Assembly: GCA_965116195.1 (NCBI GenBank)
Contig: OZ220491.1
Location: 1,085,080-1,149,079, forward strand
DNA length: 64,000 nt
Direction of reading: 5' to 3'
DNA from: Acidimicrobiales bacterium
Lineage (GTDB): Bacteria > Actinomycetota > Acidimicrobiia > Acidimicrobiales > Aldehydirespiratoraceae
The position numbers were made by a program, and so were the translations under genes. Under the pieces are notes generated by a model. It ran no database searches and was not told where the DNA came from. It worked only from the letters and a program-made list of their open reading frames with translations. This document shows, piece after piece, positions 29,343-39,590 of the stretch (positions are counted from its first letter, which is position 1; each line of letters opens with the position of its first letter).

Positions 29343-30119
29343 ATGAGCGCAGGTCCTTTGCAGCCGGGGGAGTCGGTGCTTTTGATTGACCGCAAGCAGC
29401 GCCGCTACCTGCTTGATCTGGTTGCAGGCGGCGAATTTCACACCCACGCTGGCGTGCTGTCACATGATGACCTGATCGGGGCCGTCGAAGGCACCACGCA
29501 CCGCTCAACACGCGGTGCGGCTTTCTTGGTGTTGCGTCCCACTCTGGCAGACGCGGTGCTGAAGATGCCCAGAGGTGCCCAGGTCATTTATCCCAAAGAC
29601 CTCGGCCCGATCCTTATGCAGGCCGACATCTTCCCCGAAGCTCGTGTGCTGGAGGCCGGGGTGGGATCCGGGGCCTTGTCCATGGCGATGCTGCGTGCCG
29701 GGGCACACGTGGTGGGTTATGAGTTACGTGAGGACTTCATGGAGCGCGCCCGTGCCAACGTCCTTCGCTTCTGTGGCAGCGAGGCTCTGGCTCGTTATCA
29801 CACCGAGGTGCGTGACGTGTACGAGGGGATTGACGAGACCTGCCTTGATCGTGTTGTGCTGGACCTTCCCGAGCCGTGGCAGGTGATCAAGGCGGCTGCC
29901 GTGGCCCTGCGGCCGGGTGGAATCCTGCTCGCATACACGCCCAGCGCCATGCAGGTGTCACGCCTGCGCGAATCCCTTACAGACTCACCCTTCGTGTTGC
30001 ACGACACCTGTGAGATCATGCAGCGAGGCTGGCATGTGGACGGGCTCGCAGTACGCCCGAACCACCGGATGGTCGGCCACACCGGATTTCTCACCACAAG
30101 CCGACTGGCAACCCCGTGA
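29343..30119 (+). CDS. trmI: tRNA (adenine58-N1)-methyltransferase
   Basis: 258 aa. SAM motif VLEAGVGSGALS. GCD14/TrmI-like layout. In mycobacteria a trmI homolog (Rv2118c) lies next to the proteasome region. Confidence 0.8.
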   Translation: MSAGPLQPGESVLLIDRKQRRYLLDLVAGGEFHTHAGVLSHDDLIGAVEGTTHRSTRGAAFLVLRPTLADAVLKMPRGAQVIYPKDLGPILMQADIFPEARVLEAGVGSGALSMAMLRAGAHVVGYELREDFMERARANVLRFCGSEALARYHTEVRDVYEGIDETCLDRVVLDLPEPWQVIKAAAVALRPGGILLAYTPSAMQVSRLRESLTDSPFVLHDTCEIMQRGWHVDGLAVRPNHRMVGHTGFLTTSRLATP

Positions 30120-30486
30120 GGCTCTCCCACCCAGAACATGTGGGCGCGTCTTGGCGCACTTCACACTGCGGGTCGGCTCAGAGCGCGCGCGGATAGGTGA
30201 CCATCCACCTGCCGTTGTGTCAGCCCGGCTTTGATGTCGGGGGTCACCCGAACAACAACGACATGGTGGAGGTGTCGGTAATCATGGGTGCCTTGGATCC
30301 GGAGGTGGTGGACGCGGTGTGGGCGGTGATGGAACCGCACGTTGAGGTGCGTGAGGCGATGTTTCACCCGTTGGGGTGCCACCTCATCCATAGCTCTCCG
30401 TTGGCTCCGCCCACAGGCGGTGTTTCACCCGTTGGGGTGCCACCGTCCGCGGATCCCGCATCGCAGCGTGTTGGGGTGGAGATTGC

Positions 30487-31497
30487 GTGACAGGTCGTTT
30501 CGCTGTGGGTTGGGCTGATAGTTCTGTGAAGTCCCGTTGGCGAGGCAGTTTGACTCCCGTCATTGTCGGCGCTGGGGCAGCGGTTGCTGCACTGGTGCTG
30601 CTGATTGTTGCCCTGCCTCAGTCAACTTCTGAGCCGTCACAGATGACATCACCTGTAGAGCCGGATCCGGTGAGGACCGGGCCGAACACATCATCAACTT
30701 CAGAGCAGCCGGGGCTGACATCATCCGTAGAACCAGACCCGATCATCACCGCGCCACAAACGGTGTCAACACGCAGACCTTTGGATGACCCTCCCGATCC
30801 TGGCCCGGCACCTGACGATCACGGCTTTGCCACAGCTGAACTGGCTGCCTTGGTGGGATCTTCGGTAAGGGTCGCGGGACCGGCCTGCAGGAACATCATG
30901 CACGAGGGGAGTGGGTTCGCTGTCAGTGGGTTCGCGGTCAGTGCCGGCAATTCGGATGACGGCGACCGGGGCAACGGTGACCTCATCGTCACCAATGCGC
31001 ACCTCATGGTGGGAATGCAGGCTCCAACCGTCGAGTTGGCAGATGGGCGCGTGCTTGATGCTGTGCCGGTGGCCCTTGACCTGGTGAACGACCTGGCGGT
31101 GCTGCGCGCCGAGGGTGCCGGATTGCTGCCGTTGCCATTGACCGAGGCGGTGCCGGACGGGACGGTGGGTGCCGTCCTGGCCTGGGAAGCCTCAGGCGAG
31201 CCCGATCCCACACCGTTCAGAATTGATCGGCCGGTAACCGTGCGCACCGAGGCCGTGGCCGGCAAAGACCGGATTGAACGCTCGTCATGGCTGCTGGCCG
31301 CCGAGGTGGAGACGGGTGACTCAGGAGCCGCCCTTGTGGCTTCGGTTGATGGTCAGGCTGCGGCGCTTGGCGTGGTGTGGAGCGCTTCACGACGTGGCGG
31401 CGTTGACGTTGCCTACGCCACCCGAGCCGGTGCGGTCAAGCAGCTGCTTGAATCGTCGAATTTGAACGAACGTGTCAGCGTGCCTCCATGCCCCTAG
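30487..31497 (+). CDS. Membrane-anchored trypsin-like (S1) serine protease
   Basis: 336 aa. N-terminal TM (VIVGAGAAVAALVLLIVAL) followed by a Pro/Ser-rich linker. Candidate catalytic triad: His in VTNAHLM, Asp in NDLAVLRAE, Ser in TGDSGAALV. Confidence 0.7.
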   Translation: MTGRFAVGWADSSVKSRWRGSLTPVIVGAGAAVAALVLLIVALPQSTSEPSQMTSPVEPDPVRTGPNTSSTSEQPGLTSSVEPDPIITAPQTVSTRRPLDDPPDPGPAPDDHGFATAELAALVGSSVRVAGPACRNIMHEGSGFAVSGFAVSAGNSDDGDRGNGDLIVTNAHLMVGMQAPTVELADGRVLDAVPVALDLVNDLAVLRAEGAGLLPLPLTEAVPDGTVGAVLAWEASGEPDPTPFRIDRPVTVRTEAVAGKDRIERSSWLLAAEVETGDSGAALVASVDGQAAALGVVWSASRRGGVDVAYATRAGAVKQLLESSNLNERVSVPPCP

Positions 31498-31603
31498 GCT
31501 TGGCAGAGTTGGCGTTTTGCCGGGTTTGAGCGCAATGGAAGCGCCTGCGATGGAGTCCGGGCATCTGCGCGCAACCGGAAGCGGAGTACTGCTCAGGTCG
31601 AAT

Positions 31604-31708
31604 GCGGTGGAAACCGCCCAATCAGTCCGTCAATTCAACTTGGCGGGCTTGGAAAGGCGGCACCCTAGCGAAGCGGTGGAAACCACCCGATCAGTCCGTC
31701 AATTCAAC
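31604..31708. repeat. 36-bp repeat x 2 with a 33-nt spacer (period 69)
   Basis: GCGGTGGAAACC(G/A)CCC(A/G)ATCAGTCCGTCAATTCAAC at 31604 and 31673. Confidence 0.85.
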
Positions 31709-31966
31709 CCGCCCTGATGGACCTCATTTTGGAGGTTGAAAGCCGTAGGTCACAGTACACACGCTCATGCAACGACTGCAAGTGGCCCCAACTTGGCAAG
31801 CTCAAGAACGCCCGCCAGCGCACCTTGAAGGGCATGAACGCCCTCGCAAAGCACAATTTGGCAAGGAGGTGCGCGATTAACCCATTTGGCTCATAGGGTG
31901 CCGTCAAGATACGCGTCGCTGCGCGTGTCGCTGGCAACTAGGACACAACCACAAAGGAGTCCACCG

Positions 31967-32470
31967 ATGGCCGTAACCGATGAACTGCTGTCCAACAATG
32001 CAGGCTATGCCGAGAACTTCGACAAGGGTGAGCTGCCCCTCCCGCCTGCGCTCGGGCTGGCTGTCGTGGCGTGTATGGACGCGCGTCTGGACACGCACGC
32101 GTTGCTCGGCATCAGCGAAGGGGACGCTCACGTGATCCGCAACGCCGGGGGCGTTGTGACCGATGATGTGATCCGTTCCCTGACGATTTCGCAGCGCCTG
32201 CTACAGACCAACTCAGTCATGCTCATCCATCACACGGACTGCGGCATGCTCACCTTCCGCGACGATGATGTGAAGGACTCGATCACCGCCGACACAGGCA
32301 TTCGGCCGACCTTCTCAATGGAAGCGTTCCAAGACCTTGATGACGACATCAGACAGTCGATTGCCCGCATCAAGGCGAGTCCGTTCATCCCGAACAAAGA
32401 CGACATCCGCGGGTTTGTCTACGACTGCGCAACGGGCAGGCTGAACGAGGTCACACAACCAGCGACCTGA
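31967..32470 (+). CDS. Beta-class carbonic anhydrase
   Basis: In-frame part of ORF 31886..32470. AAAGGAG SD. Motifs VVACMDARLD and HHTDCGM (Cys-His-Cys zinc ligands). Confidence 0.9.
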   Translation: MAVTDELLSNNAGYAENFDKGELPLPPALGLAVVACMDARLDTHALLGISEGDAHVIRNAGGVVTDDVIRSLTISQRLLQTNSVMLIHHTDCGMLTFRDDDVKDSITADTGIRPTFSMEAFQDLDDDIRQSIARIKASPFIPNKDDIRGFVYDCATGRLNEVTQPAT

Positions 32471-32992
32471 AGCGCTTGGAACAAGCCACGGCGACTACCG
32501 TTGTTGCTGCGGGTTCAATGAGGTCACACAACCGGCGACTTGGAGCGCTTGGAGCAAGCCACGACGGCTACTGTTGTTGCTGCGGGTTCATTGAGGTCAC
32601 ACAACCGGCGACTTGGAGCGCTTGGAGCAAGCCACGGCGACTACTGTTGTTGCTGCGGGTTCATTGAGGTCATACAACCGGCGACTTGGAGCGCTTGGAG
32701 CAAGCCACGGCGACTACTGTTGTTGCTGCGGGTTCATTGAGGTCATACAACCGGCGACTTGGAGCGCTTGGAGCAAGCCACGGCGACTACTGTTGTTGCT
32801 GCGGGTTCATTGAGGTCATACAACCGGCGACTTGGAGCGCTTGGAGCAAGCCACGGCGACTACTGTTGTTGCTGCGGGTTCATTGAGGTCATACAACCGG
32901 CGACTTGGAGCGCTTGGAGCAAGCCACGGCGACTACTGTTGTTGCTGCGGGTTCATTGAGGTCATACAACCGGCGACCTGGAGCGCTTGGCC
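32447..32992. repeat. 73-bp tandem repeat x 7.5; the first unit is the 3' end (EVTQPAT-stop) of the carbonic anhydrase gene
   Basis: GAGGTCA(C/T)ACAACC occurs at 32447, 32520, 32593, 32666, 32739, 32812, 32885 and 32958. Only the first copy keeps CCTGA (stop); the others read CTTGG. Confidence 0.95.
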
Positions 32993-33223
32993 CTGAGCCA
33001 GGATGAAGCAGACCGAGGTCATGTAACCGGGGCACGCCAAAGGCTCCGAGGGTCAGAAGTCCAGAAGGCCAGAAGGCCAGAAGGCAGGAAGGTCAGTGTC
33101 TTCCCAGCAAGGCGGATATAAGCCTTCAGCCCCGAAGTCCGTGCCGGAAAGACTGGTGATGACATCCGAAGGCTCGGAAGTGTCGGCGATGACGCAAAAT
33201 GTGGGTAGTCCGTGGTGGCTCCG

Positions 33224-34030
33224 CTACCGGGGTTGGTCCGCGGGGCGGTAGTCGATGTTGCGATCCACGGCCATATAGATGTCGTTACCGATGGGATCGG
33301 CCAGTTCTTCGGCGAGGTGGCCCAGCAGACCTGCGCAGCGTGCCAGTAACGCCACCCCACGGGTCACGCCCAAAGGCAGGCCCACATCGGCGAGAACTGC
33401 CCCGCAGGTACCGGCCCCGTTCAGGGGCAGCTTCCTGGAAAGCACAGCGGGATGGACGCGCCCGATGGCCGCGAACAACTCCAGGTGAGGGCCGAACAGA
33501 TCGTTCCGGCGGGCCAACTTGAACAGTACCGGCGTGCGAGGATCGCCTTGTTTGTGTACCGGGTGTCCCAGGCCAGGCACGAACCGACCCGAGGCTCGGG
33601 TCTCGCTGACGACTTTCGTGGCCAGAGCGTCCCAGCCGTCATCATCGCTGGGCAGCCGGTCACAGCCATCAAGCGCGGTGTGCAGGAAACGAGCCGCGTT
33701 CTCGGTCACTCCCAGAAAGCGGTCACCACCCCCCAACAGACCGGACGCGAGCGCTCCCTGGATCGACTCGGGCGCGCTCAGCAGCGTCACCCTCGCGGCG
33801 ATGGCGGTGGGGGTGAAGCCGTGGTCGGCGAGGGCGACCAGCACAGCCTCAAACATGTTGCGCTGCTGGGGCGTGGGGCGTCGCTTGGCCATGAGCCAGT
33901 AGGCAAGTTCACCAAAGGACACCTGGCCCATGAGTTCATCAGCCAAGCTGTGACCCAGCACGGTGATGCTGTCGGCATCAGAGACACCGAGGCCGGTGCG
34001 GTAGGCGGGGGTTGCGGGAGTCATGGTCAC
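33224..34030 (-). CDS. Citrate synthase-like / citryl-CoA lyase family protein
   Basis: 268 aa. Motifs GLGHPVHKQGDPR and LNGAGTCGAVLADVG. Confidence 0.7.
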   Translation of the reverse strand: MTMTPATPAYRTGLGVSDADSITVLGHSLADELMGQVSFGELAYWLMAKRRPTPQQRNMFEAVLVALADHGFTPTAIAARVTLLSAPESIQGALASGLLGGGDRFLGVTENAARFLHTALDGCDRLPSDDDGWDALATKVVSETRASGRFVPGLGHPVHKQGDPRTPVLFKLARRNDLFGPHLELFAAIGRVHPAVLSRKLPLNGAGTCGAVLADVGLPLGVTRGVALLARCAGLLGHLAEELADPIGNDIYMAVDRNIDYRPADQPR

Positions 34031-34245
34031 AGCCCGCTTCGATAGGCAAGGGTTGTGGTGGTCATGGTCATGAGCCTGTTGCTGTGGGCGGGGTTTGTGG
34101 GAGTCATGGTCACAGCCCGCTTCGATAGGCAGGGGTTGTGGTGGTCATGGTCATGAGCCTGTTGCTGTGGGCGGGGTTTGTGGGAGTCATGGTCACAAAG
34201 CCCGTTGCAGTAGGCAGGAACCTGTCGGTGATCGTCAGTCACTCT
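34018..34245. repeat. 83-bp tandem repeat x ~2.7 copying the start codon and first ~12 codons of the citryl-CoA lyase-like gene
   Basis: GAGTCATGGTCAC occurs at 34018, 34101 and 34184. Confidence 0.92.
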
Positions 34246-35434
34246 GTGGGGCCGACAGCCAGGCGCGAATCTCGTCGCTGTGCTCGCCAAGTGTCGGCGG
34301 AGGTTGTTCGTAGCGCAGTGAGGCACCGCCGAAGGTGATCGGGTTGCGCACCAGGTCCACAGCGCGGTCACCCTCGCCCAGAGTCACGCGTGGCTCAAGT
34401 CCCAGGTGTTCAGCCAGTTCGATCCCCTCGCGCACGGAGTTGATGGGCCCGCAGGGCACTCCGGCTTCGTTGAGAGTCACGAACAGGTCATCCGCGTTCC
34501 ACTGCGCCACGGCCTCCACCAGCACCGAATGCATCTGTTCCCGGTTGCGGGTGCGGTCGGCGTTCAGTTTGAAACGCTCGTCCTCGGCCAACTCACCGAT
34601 GCCCAGCACATCACACAGGGCCTTGAACTGCCGGTCGTTGGCAGCGGTGATGATCATGTCACGATCCTTGGCGGAGATGACCTCGTAGGGGTAGACGCTC
34701 GGGTGGGCATTGCCCATCCGGCGAGGCACGGTCCCCGATGCCGTGTACGCACCGGTCTGGTTAACCAAACCTGACAGTGCCGAGGAGAGCAGGTTCAGTT
34801 CCACGAGCTGGCCCTGTCCCGTGACCGTTCGATGGTGTAACGCAGCCAGGATCCCCAGGGCCGCGTGCAGGCCGGTTATCACATCAAACACCGAGATTCC
34901 CGCACGATAGGCGGGGCCGTCAGGATCACCGGTCAGGCTCATGAGTCCCGACACCGCCTGCACAACAAGGTCATAGCCAGGCAGTCGAGCGCCCTCAGCC
35001 GTGCCGAAGCCACTGATTGAGGCGTAGATGATGGATGGGTTGACGGCCCGGGCGCTGTCGTAGTCCAGCCCGAACCTGGCCAGAGCGCCTGCCTTGAAGT
35101 TCTCGATGGCAACATCAGCACGGCGGAACAACTCCAGCACAAGCGCCACATCCCCAGGGTCGCGGAAGTCAAGCACCACTGACCGCTTGTTGCGGTTGAT
35201 CGACATAAAGTAGGTTGATATGCCATCCTTCTCCGGTGGGGCCCAGGCCCTGGTATCGTCGCCTCCCGGACTCTCCACCTTGATGACGGTTGCACCCAAA
35301 TCCGCCAGCAGCATCGTGCAATACGGCCCGGCCAGCACCCGGGACAGGTCGGCGACAATGATCCCCTCAAGCGGGGCATGTCCGGCTACAGGCGCAGCCG
35401 CTTGCTGGTCATCAGACCGTTCTTGGGTTGTCAT
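34235..35434 (-). CDS. Family III CoA-transferase (CaiB/BaiF type)
   Basis: 399 aa. LEGIIVADLSRVLAGPYCTMLLADLGATVIKVE. Confidence 0.9.
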   Translation of the reverse strand: MTTQERSDDQQAAAPVAGHAPLEGIIVADLSRVLAGPYCTMLLADLGATVIKVESPGGDDTRAWAPPEKDGISTYFMSINRNKRSVVLDFRDPGDVALVLELFRRADVAIENFKAGALARFGLDYDSARAVNPSIIYASISGFGTAEGARLPGYDLVVQAVSGLMSLTGDPDGPAYRAGISVFDVITGLHAALGILAALHHRTVTGQGQLVELNLLSSALSGLVNQTGAYTASGTVPRRMGNAHPSVYPYEVISAKDRDMIITAANDRQFKALCDVLGIGELAEDERFKLNADRTRNREQMHSVLVEAVAQWNADDLFVTLNEAGVPCGPINSVREGIELAEHLGLEPRVTLGEGDRAVDLVRNPITFGGASLRYEQPPPTLGEHSDEIRAWLSAPQSD

Positions 35435-35587
35435 GGCAGGCCTTCTGTGCGGACAGTTGGCAGCGTGAGATCACGGTCAGACTCAAGGTCGTCGCTCCAG
35501 GTGAACCCGTCGGCGTAGGCAGTGGGCATTGTGAAACCATGCAAAGACTTGAGGTGGGCGTGCGGCAATGTTTGCTGAACGTAGGCA

Positions 35588-36412
35588 GTGGGCATCGTGA
35601 AGCCGCGTACAAACTCAAGGGGAGGGCGTGAGTTCGTTGAGGCACTGGCACGTGGACTTGACGTGCTCAAGGCCTTCGGGCCCACCTCCATGGAACTCAC
35701 CGTCAGTGAGGCGGCTGCTCGCACCGGGTTGGCGCGGCCCACCGCACGTCGTCTGCTGATGACCCTTGAGCAACTCGGATACGTTCGTTTTGTCGGTGGT
35801 GCATACTCTCTCACCACCAAGGTGCTTGAGATCGGGACCGCCTGCATCGCGGCGCAGGGCTTGTGGGACGTGGCACGCCCCCATCTGGTGGCGCTGGTGG
35901 GCAGGACGCGCGAGTCAAGCTCAATGTCGCAACTCGACGGCAGCGACATTGTGTACACGGCACGGGTACCGGTCGCCAAGATCATCGCTCTTTCGGTGAG
36001 CATCGGGACACGGTTCCCCGCCGTAGCCACCTCGATGGGAAAAGTGCTGCTGTCGGAGTTGGAACCCGCAGACCTCAGCGCAGTGCTTGAGCAGCCTTCA
36101 AGGTCGGGCATCATCCCCCGCATCGTGCCCCAGCGGGCCGAGCTGGAGGAGGACCTGGCAGAAGTGCGCGAGCGCGGCTGGGCGTTGTCGGACGAATTGC
36201 TGTCGGTGGGTATCCGTTCGATAGCGGCACCGGTGAGAGACGACCGGTGTCGCATCGCGGCAGCGATCAACGTGACCGTGTACGCCGGTGAGACATCCAT
36301 CTCGCATCTGGTTGGTGAGTACCTGCCGGCGTTGCTGGACACCGCCGCCGCCGTCACCCGCGAATGGTCAAACCTGGCAATGCTGCCGATGGACGGAAGT
36401 TGGGCAGGCTGA
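35588..36412 (+). CDS. IclR family transcriptional regulator (PcaR/PobR-like)
   Basis: 274 aa. EFVEALARGLDVLKAF...LTVSEAAARTGLARPTARRLLMTLEQLGYV. The GTG start lies in the second copy of a 66-bp repeat (35522/35588). Confidence 0.88.
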   Translation: MGIVKPRTNSRGGREFVEALARGLDVLKAFGPTSMELTVSEAAARTGLARPTARRLLMTLEQLGYVRFVGGAYSLTTKVLEIGTACIAAQGLWDVARPHLVALVGRTRESSSMSQLDGSDIVYTARVPVAKIIALSVSIGTRFPAVATSMGKVLLSELEPADLSAVLEQPSRSGIIPRIVPQRAELEEDLAEVRERGWALSDELLSVGIRSIAAPVRDDRCRIAAAINVTVYAGETSISHLVGEYLPALLDTAAAVTREWSNLAMLPMDGSWAG

Positions 36413-36554
36413 CTCCCAGACCCGCTGAAACCCCCTGAGGGTGTCTGCTCGTGGGCGGATCGACCGTTGGCAGGTTGGTCCGGATTCCCATGGGGAGATC
36501 TGGTGTGGGCGCGGTGACTCGACCTGCGGGTCGGCGTGAGCATCTTCAGGGTTG

Positions 36555-37088
36555 TCAGCGATAGGTGTTGTTGCTGGTGTGGTCACCGGAAAGCCAGCGT
36601 CGCAGTGTCTCGTGTGCGTCGGCGGCACGGTCCTCGGCAATCTCATCAGCATCGGGCGCATCCACGGTGAACTCAAGCAACATGCCATTGGGGTCGTGGG
36701 TGTAGAGGGAACGGCAGTAGCCGTGTTCCAGGACAAAAGTGCCACCTTCCGGTTCCCAGCCAGCTTCGGCGATACGCCTTTCGAGGTCGCTCTGGGTCTG
36801 GGTGTCCACCTTGAGGGCAATGTGACGGAACGGCGAGGGCACGAGGTCGGGGTCAAACAGTTTCTGGTCCTCCTCATCGGCGAACTGAAAGAAGGCGAGG
36901 GCGCTACCGTCGGCCAGACCGAAGAAAGTGTGGCAGTAGACGCGTACTGCGCCGAACAGCTCATCGGCCTCGGACCATGTGGCCACCAGCGGGAACCCCA
37001 GCACATCCTCATAGAAGGCGCGCGTGGCCTCCTGGTCCTTGGTCACATAGGCAGTGTGGTGAAGTCTCTGGGCAACAGCCTGGGGCAT
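36555..37088 (-). CDS. VOC (glyoxalase/extradiol dioxygenase) family protein
   Basis: Part of ORF 36555..37160. Start MPQAVAQRLHHTAYVTKDQEATRAFYEDVLGFPLV with AAGGAGAG SD. Confidence 0.75.
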   Translation of the reverse strand: MPQAVAQRLHHTAYVTKDQEATRAFYEDVLGFPLVATWSEADELFGAVRVYCHTFFGLADGSALAFFQFADEEDQKLFDPDLVPSPFRHIALKVDTQTQSDLERRIAEAGWEPEGGTFVLEHGYCRSLYTHDPNGMLLEFTVDAPDADEIAEDRAADAHETLRRWLSGDHTSNNTYR

Positions 37089-37287
37089 GGCTCTCCTTCC
37101 TGTGTGTCCGCGTTGTGCGGCTTCGGCTGCGACGCGGACAAATGTCCGATGTGCGGACATATTACCGGCAACCGTACAAAGATGCTGCTATGGTGACTGC
37201 GAGCACAGTACGCGCTCTGCGAGCAATCGCATCACCACGCTGGCAGCGGCCGTGGTGCTTGCAGCCAGCACCCACAAAGGAGCCATC

Positions 37288-38247
37288 ATGACCAATCCGA
37301 CCAGCCTTCTCAGCGGACACAACCACATCACCCTCAATGTGGGCGGCGCACAGGAGGACCACGACTTCCACACCGGTGTTTTGGGTCTCAAGAGCGTCAA
37401 GAAGACTCTCCTGTATGACGGACAGGCACCCATCTACCACCTCTACTACGGCAACGACATCGGTGAGGAGAGCACACTCGTCACCACGTTCCCGTTCCGT
37501 CATGCCGGCCTGACTGCCACCAAGGGGAGCGGCCAGATCGGTGTCCTCACGCTGTCGGTGCCGGAGTCCTCGCTGGACTGGTGGCGCAACCGCCTGGAGG
37601 AGCACGGCTTCGACGTGACACCGGTGGAACGCTTCGGCGAGAAGCGCTTGGCTTTCCAGCATCCCTGCGGCATTGACTACGAATTGGTGGGCGTGGCTGA
37701 CGATGACCGTTCACCGGCAACTCATCCCGACGTTCCCGCGGAATACGGCATCCGTGGCGTACACAGCATCAGCTGCTCGGTGCGTGACATGGAGTTGACC
37801 GACCAGTTCATGCAGATCGGTTGGGGAAGCCGCAAAGTCGAAGACGACGGAAACGCCACCCGCTACGAGATGGGCGAGGGCGGCCCGGGTGCCATCGTTG
37901 ACTACATCTGTGAGCCGAACCGGGCTCCGGGCAGCTGGACTTTCGGCGAGGGCTATGTCCACCACTGCGCCTTCAGCGTTGACAGTCTGGAGTCCCAGAT
38001 GGCGGTCAAGCTGTTCCTTGAGGGCCTCGGCTACACGGATGTGTCTGATGTCAAGGACCGCGGCTACTTCTACTCAATCTATGTGCGGACCCCCGGCGGG
38101 CCGCTGTTTGAGGCCACCTACACAAAGCCCGAGCATTTCGCCATTGACGAGCCCAGAGACAGCCTCGGGGCACAGATCATGATCTCGCCCCAGTTCGAGG
38201 ATTCACGTCAGGAGTTGCTGGCCCAACTCGAGACAATCGAGTACTGA
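37288..38247 (+). CDS. Two-domain VOC-type ring-cleaving (extradiol) dioxygenase
   Basis: In-frame part of ORF 37087..38247. AAAGGAG SD. GHNHITLNVGGAQEDHDFHTGVLGLKSVKKT and, in the second domain, GVHSISCSV...VHHCAF. Confidence 0.75.
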   Translation: MTNPTSLLSGHNHITLNVGGAQEDHDFHTGVLGLKSVKKTLLYDGQAPIYHLYYGNDIGEESTLVTTFPFRHAGLTATKGSGQIGVLTLSVPESSLDWWRNRLEEHGFDVTPVERFGEKRLAFQHPCGIDYELVGVADDDRSPATHPDVPAEYGIRGVHSISCSVRDMELTDQFMQIGWGSRKVEDDGNATRYEMGEGGPGAIVDYICEPNRAPGSWTFGEGYVHHCAFSVDSLESQMAVKLFLEGLGYTDVSDVKDRGYFYSIYVRTPGGPLFEATYTKPEHFAIDEPRDSLGAQIMISPQFEDSRQELLAQLETIEY

Positions 38248-38357
38248 ACGCTGAGTACTGACGGCCGGGTAACCCGGTAACAAGTACCAGGTACCCGGGA
38301 ACAAGTACCGGGCACCGGCTTCGCCGCGCTCCAGGATCCCCGTCAGGTCCCCAGTAA

Positions 38358-38700
38358 GGCGCAACAGAGTTCCCGCAACTTGTCAGGGCGAGGGACGAAG
38401 GCATGACAACCAGCAAGTGGGGTCTGCTTGGGCGCGACAAAGCTCCGGCAATTTGTCAGGGTGAGGGTTCTGAGTGCGTTGGCTGGCTTTCTGGGAATAG
38501 AGGGCGCAACAGAGTTCCCGCAACTTGTCAGGGCGAGGGACGAAGGCATGACAACCAGCAAGTGGGGTCTGCTTGGGCACTACAAAGTTCCCGCAATTTG
38601 TCAGGGTGAGGGTTCTGAGTGCGTTGGCTGGCTTTCTGGGAATAGAGGGCGCAACAGAGTTCCGGCAACTGTCAGGCTGAGGGCCGAGGGCCTCAGGCCG
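38358..38700. repeat. 145-bp tandem repeat x ~2.3 (internally two ~72-bp half-units); the last copy runs into the 3' end of the intradiol dioxygenase gene
   Basis: GGCGCAACAGAGTTCC occurs at 38358, 38503 and 38648. The half-unit CCGCAACTTGTCAGGGCGAGGG / CGGCAATTTGTCAGGGTGAGGG is offset by 72. Confidence 0.9.
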
Positions 38701-39514
38701 AAGGCTCAAGGACGAAGTCGTACTCGCAGGTTCCGCCGGACATTTCAACCACCAGGGAGTCACGCACCCCAAATACGACATCACTGTCGAGGAAGTCGCT
38801 CTCGTTGTCGAAGAGATGGGTGATGACGGTCTTGTGATGCGGTGCCGACACCACAAAATGAACATGGGCGGGACGCCAGTTGTGGCGGCCGGTGGCGTTC
38901 AACAGCGCTCCGGCCGGGCCGTCGTCGGGAACCGGGTATGAAACCGGACGCACGGTTCGCACCTCGTAGCGGCCGTCAGCGCCGGTGGTGTAGAGGCCGC
39001 GCATGTTGAGCGGTGTCTGCTCGGAATCCTGCACATCGTAGAAGCCGTTGGTGGCGGCCTGCCACACATCAAGTCTGGCTCCCTTGATCGGGTCGCCCCC
39101 CAGCGAGCGCACCGTGCCGAGTATCGTCAGCGGTTTGTCGCCCTCCATCGGGTCAATCAGGATTGACTCACCCATCTGCCGAGGTGTCGCTCCCTCCACA
39201 TGGAAGGGGCCAAAAACGGTGGGTTCGGTCGTTCCCTCGGCTGCTTTGTGGTTGATCATCTCCACCAGCATCGACACACCGAGTGTGTCTGACAGCAGGA
39301 TGAACTCCTGGCGCTTCTCGTCACACATCTGGCCTGTGGCTGTCAGCGCTTCAATTCCCGCAAACCACTCTTCGCGGGTCAGGCCGACCTCAACGACGAA
39401 CTCAAGCATGTGACGCACGGCGCACTTCATTATCTCGGCGAGCCTGGGGTTCGAAGCATTGTCGAAACGTGACAGCACCTCAGCGAGATGCTCCTCAGGT
39501 GTGATGTTCGTCAT
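38693..39514 (-). CDS. Intradiol ring-cleavage dioxygenase (hydroxyquinol/catechol 1,2-dioxygenase type)
   Basis: Part of ORF 38693..39670. Start MTNITPEEHLAEVLSRF with AAGGAG SD. Motifs EGPFHVEG, YDVQDSEQ and RPAHVHF. Confidence 0.85.
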   Translation of the reverse strand: MTNITPEEHLAEVLSRFDNASNPRLAEIMKCAVRHMLEFVVEVGLTREEWFAGIEALTATGQMCDEKRQEFILLSDTLGVSMLVEMINHKAAEGTTEPTVFGPFHVEGATPRQMGESILIDPMEGDKPLTILGTVRSLGGDPIKGARLDVWQAATNGFYDVQDSEQTPLNMRGLYTTGADGRYEVRTVRPVSYPVPDDGPAGALLNATGRHNWRPAHVHFVVSAPHHKTVITHLFDNESDFLDSDVVFGVRDSLVVEMSGGTCEYDFVLEPSA

Positions 39515-39590
39515 CGGTTTCTCCTTTGATGGTTGACATTGGTTTGATGTTGGCTTGATATCTGACGGCTGGAGGGTCAGGGATGCTGTC

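Noticed and set aside
30197-30490. 97-aa ORF whose LDPEVVDAVWAVMEP segment vaguely resembles the N-terminus of IS5-type transposases
   Set aside because: The match is too short and weak. The region also contains a 61-bp-period duplicated 23-mer (30361/30422), and no transposase body follows.
31604-31708. 36-bp repeat + 33-nt spacer + 36-bp repeat as a mini-CRISPR
   Set aside because: With only two copies it is indistinguishable from a 1.5-copy tandem duplication with a 69-bp period.
32476-32959. Five near-identical 63-66 aa ORFs (MERLEQATATTVVAAGS...), and the idea that the 73-bp array is a CRISPR
   Set aside because: The ORFs are reading-frame artefacts of the 73-bp tandem repeat. The array has no unique spacers because whole units are repeated, so it is not CRISPR-like.
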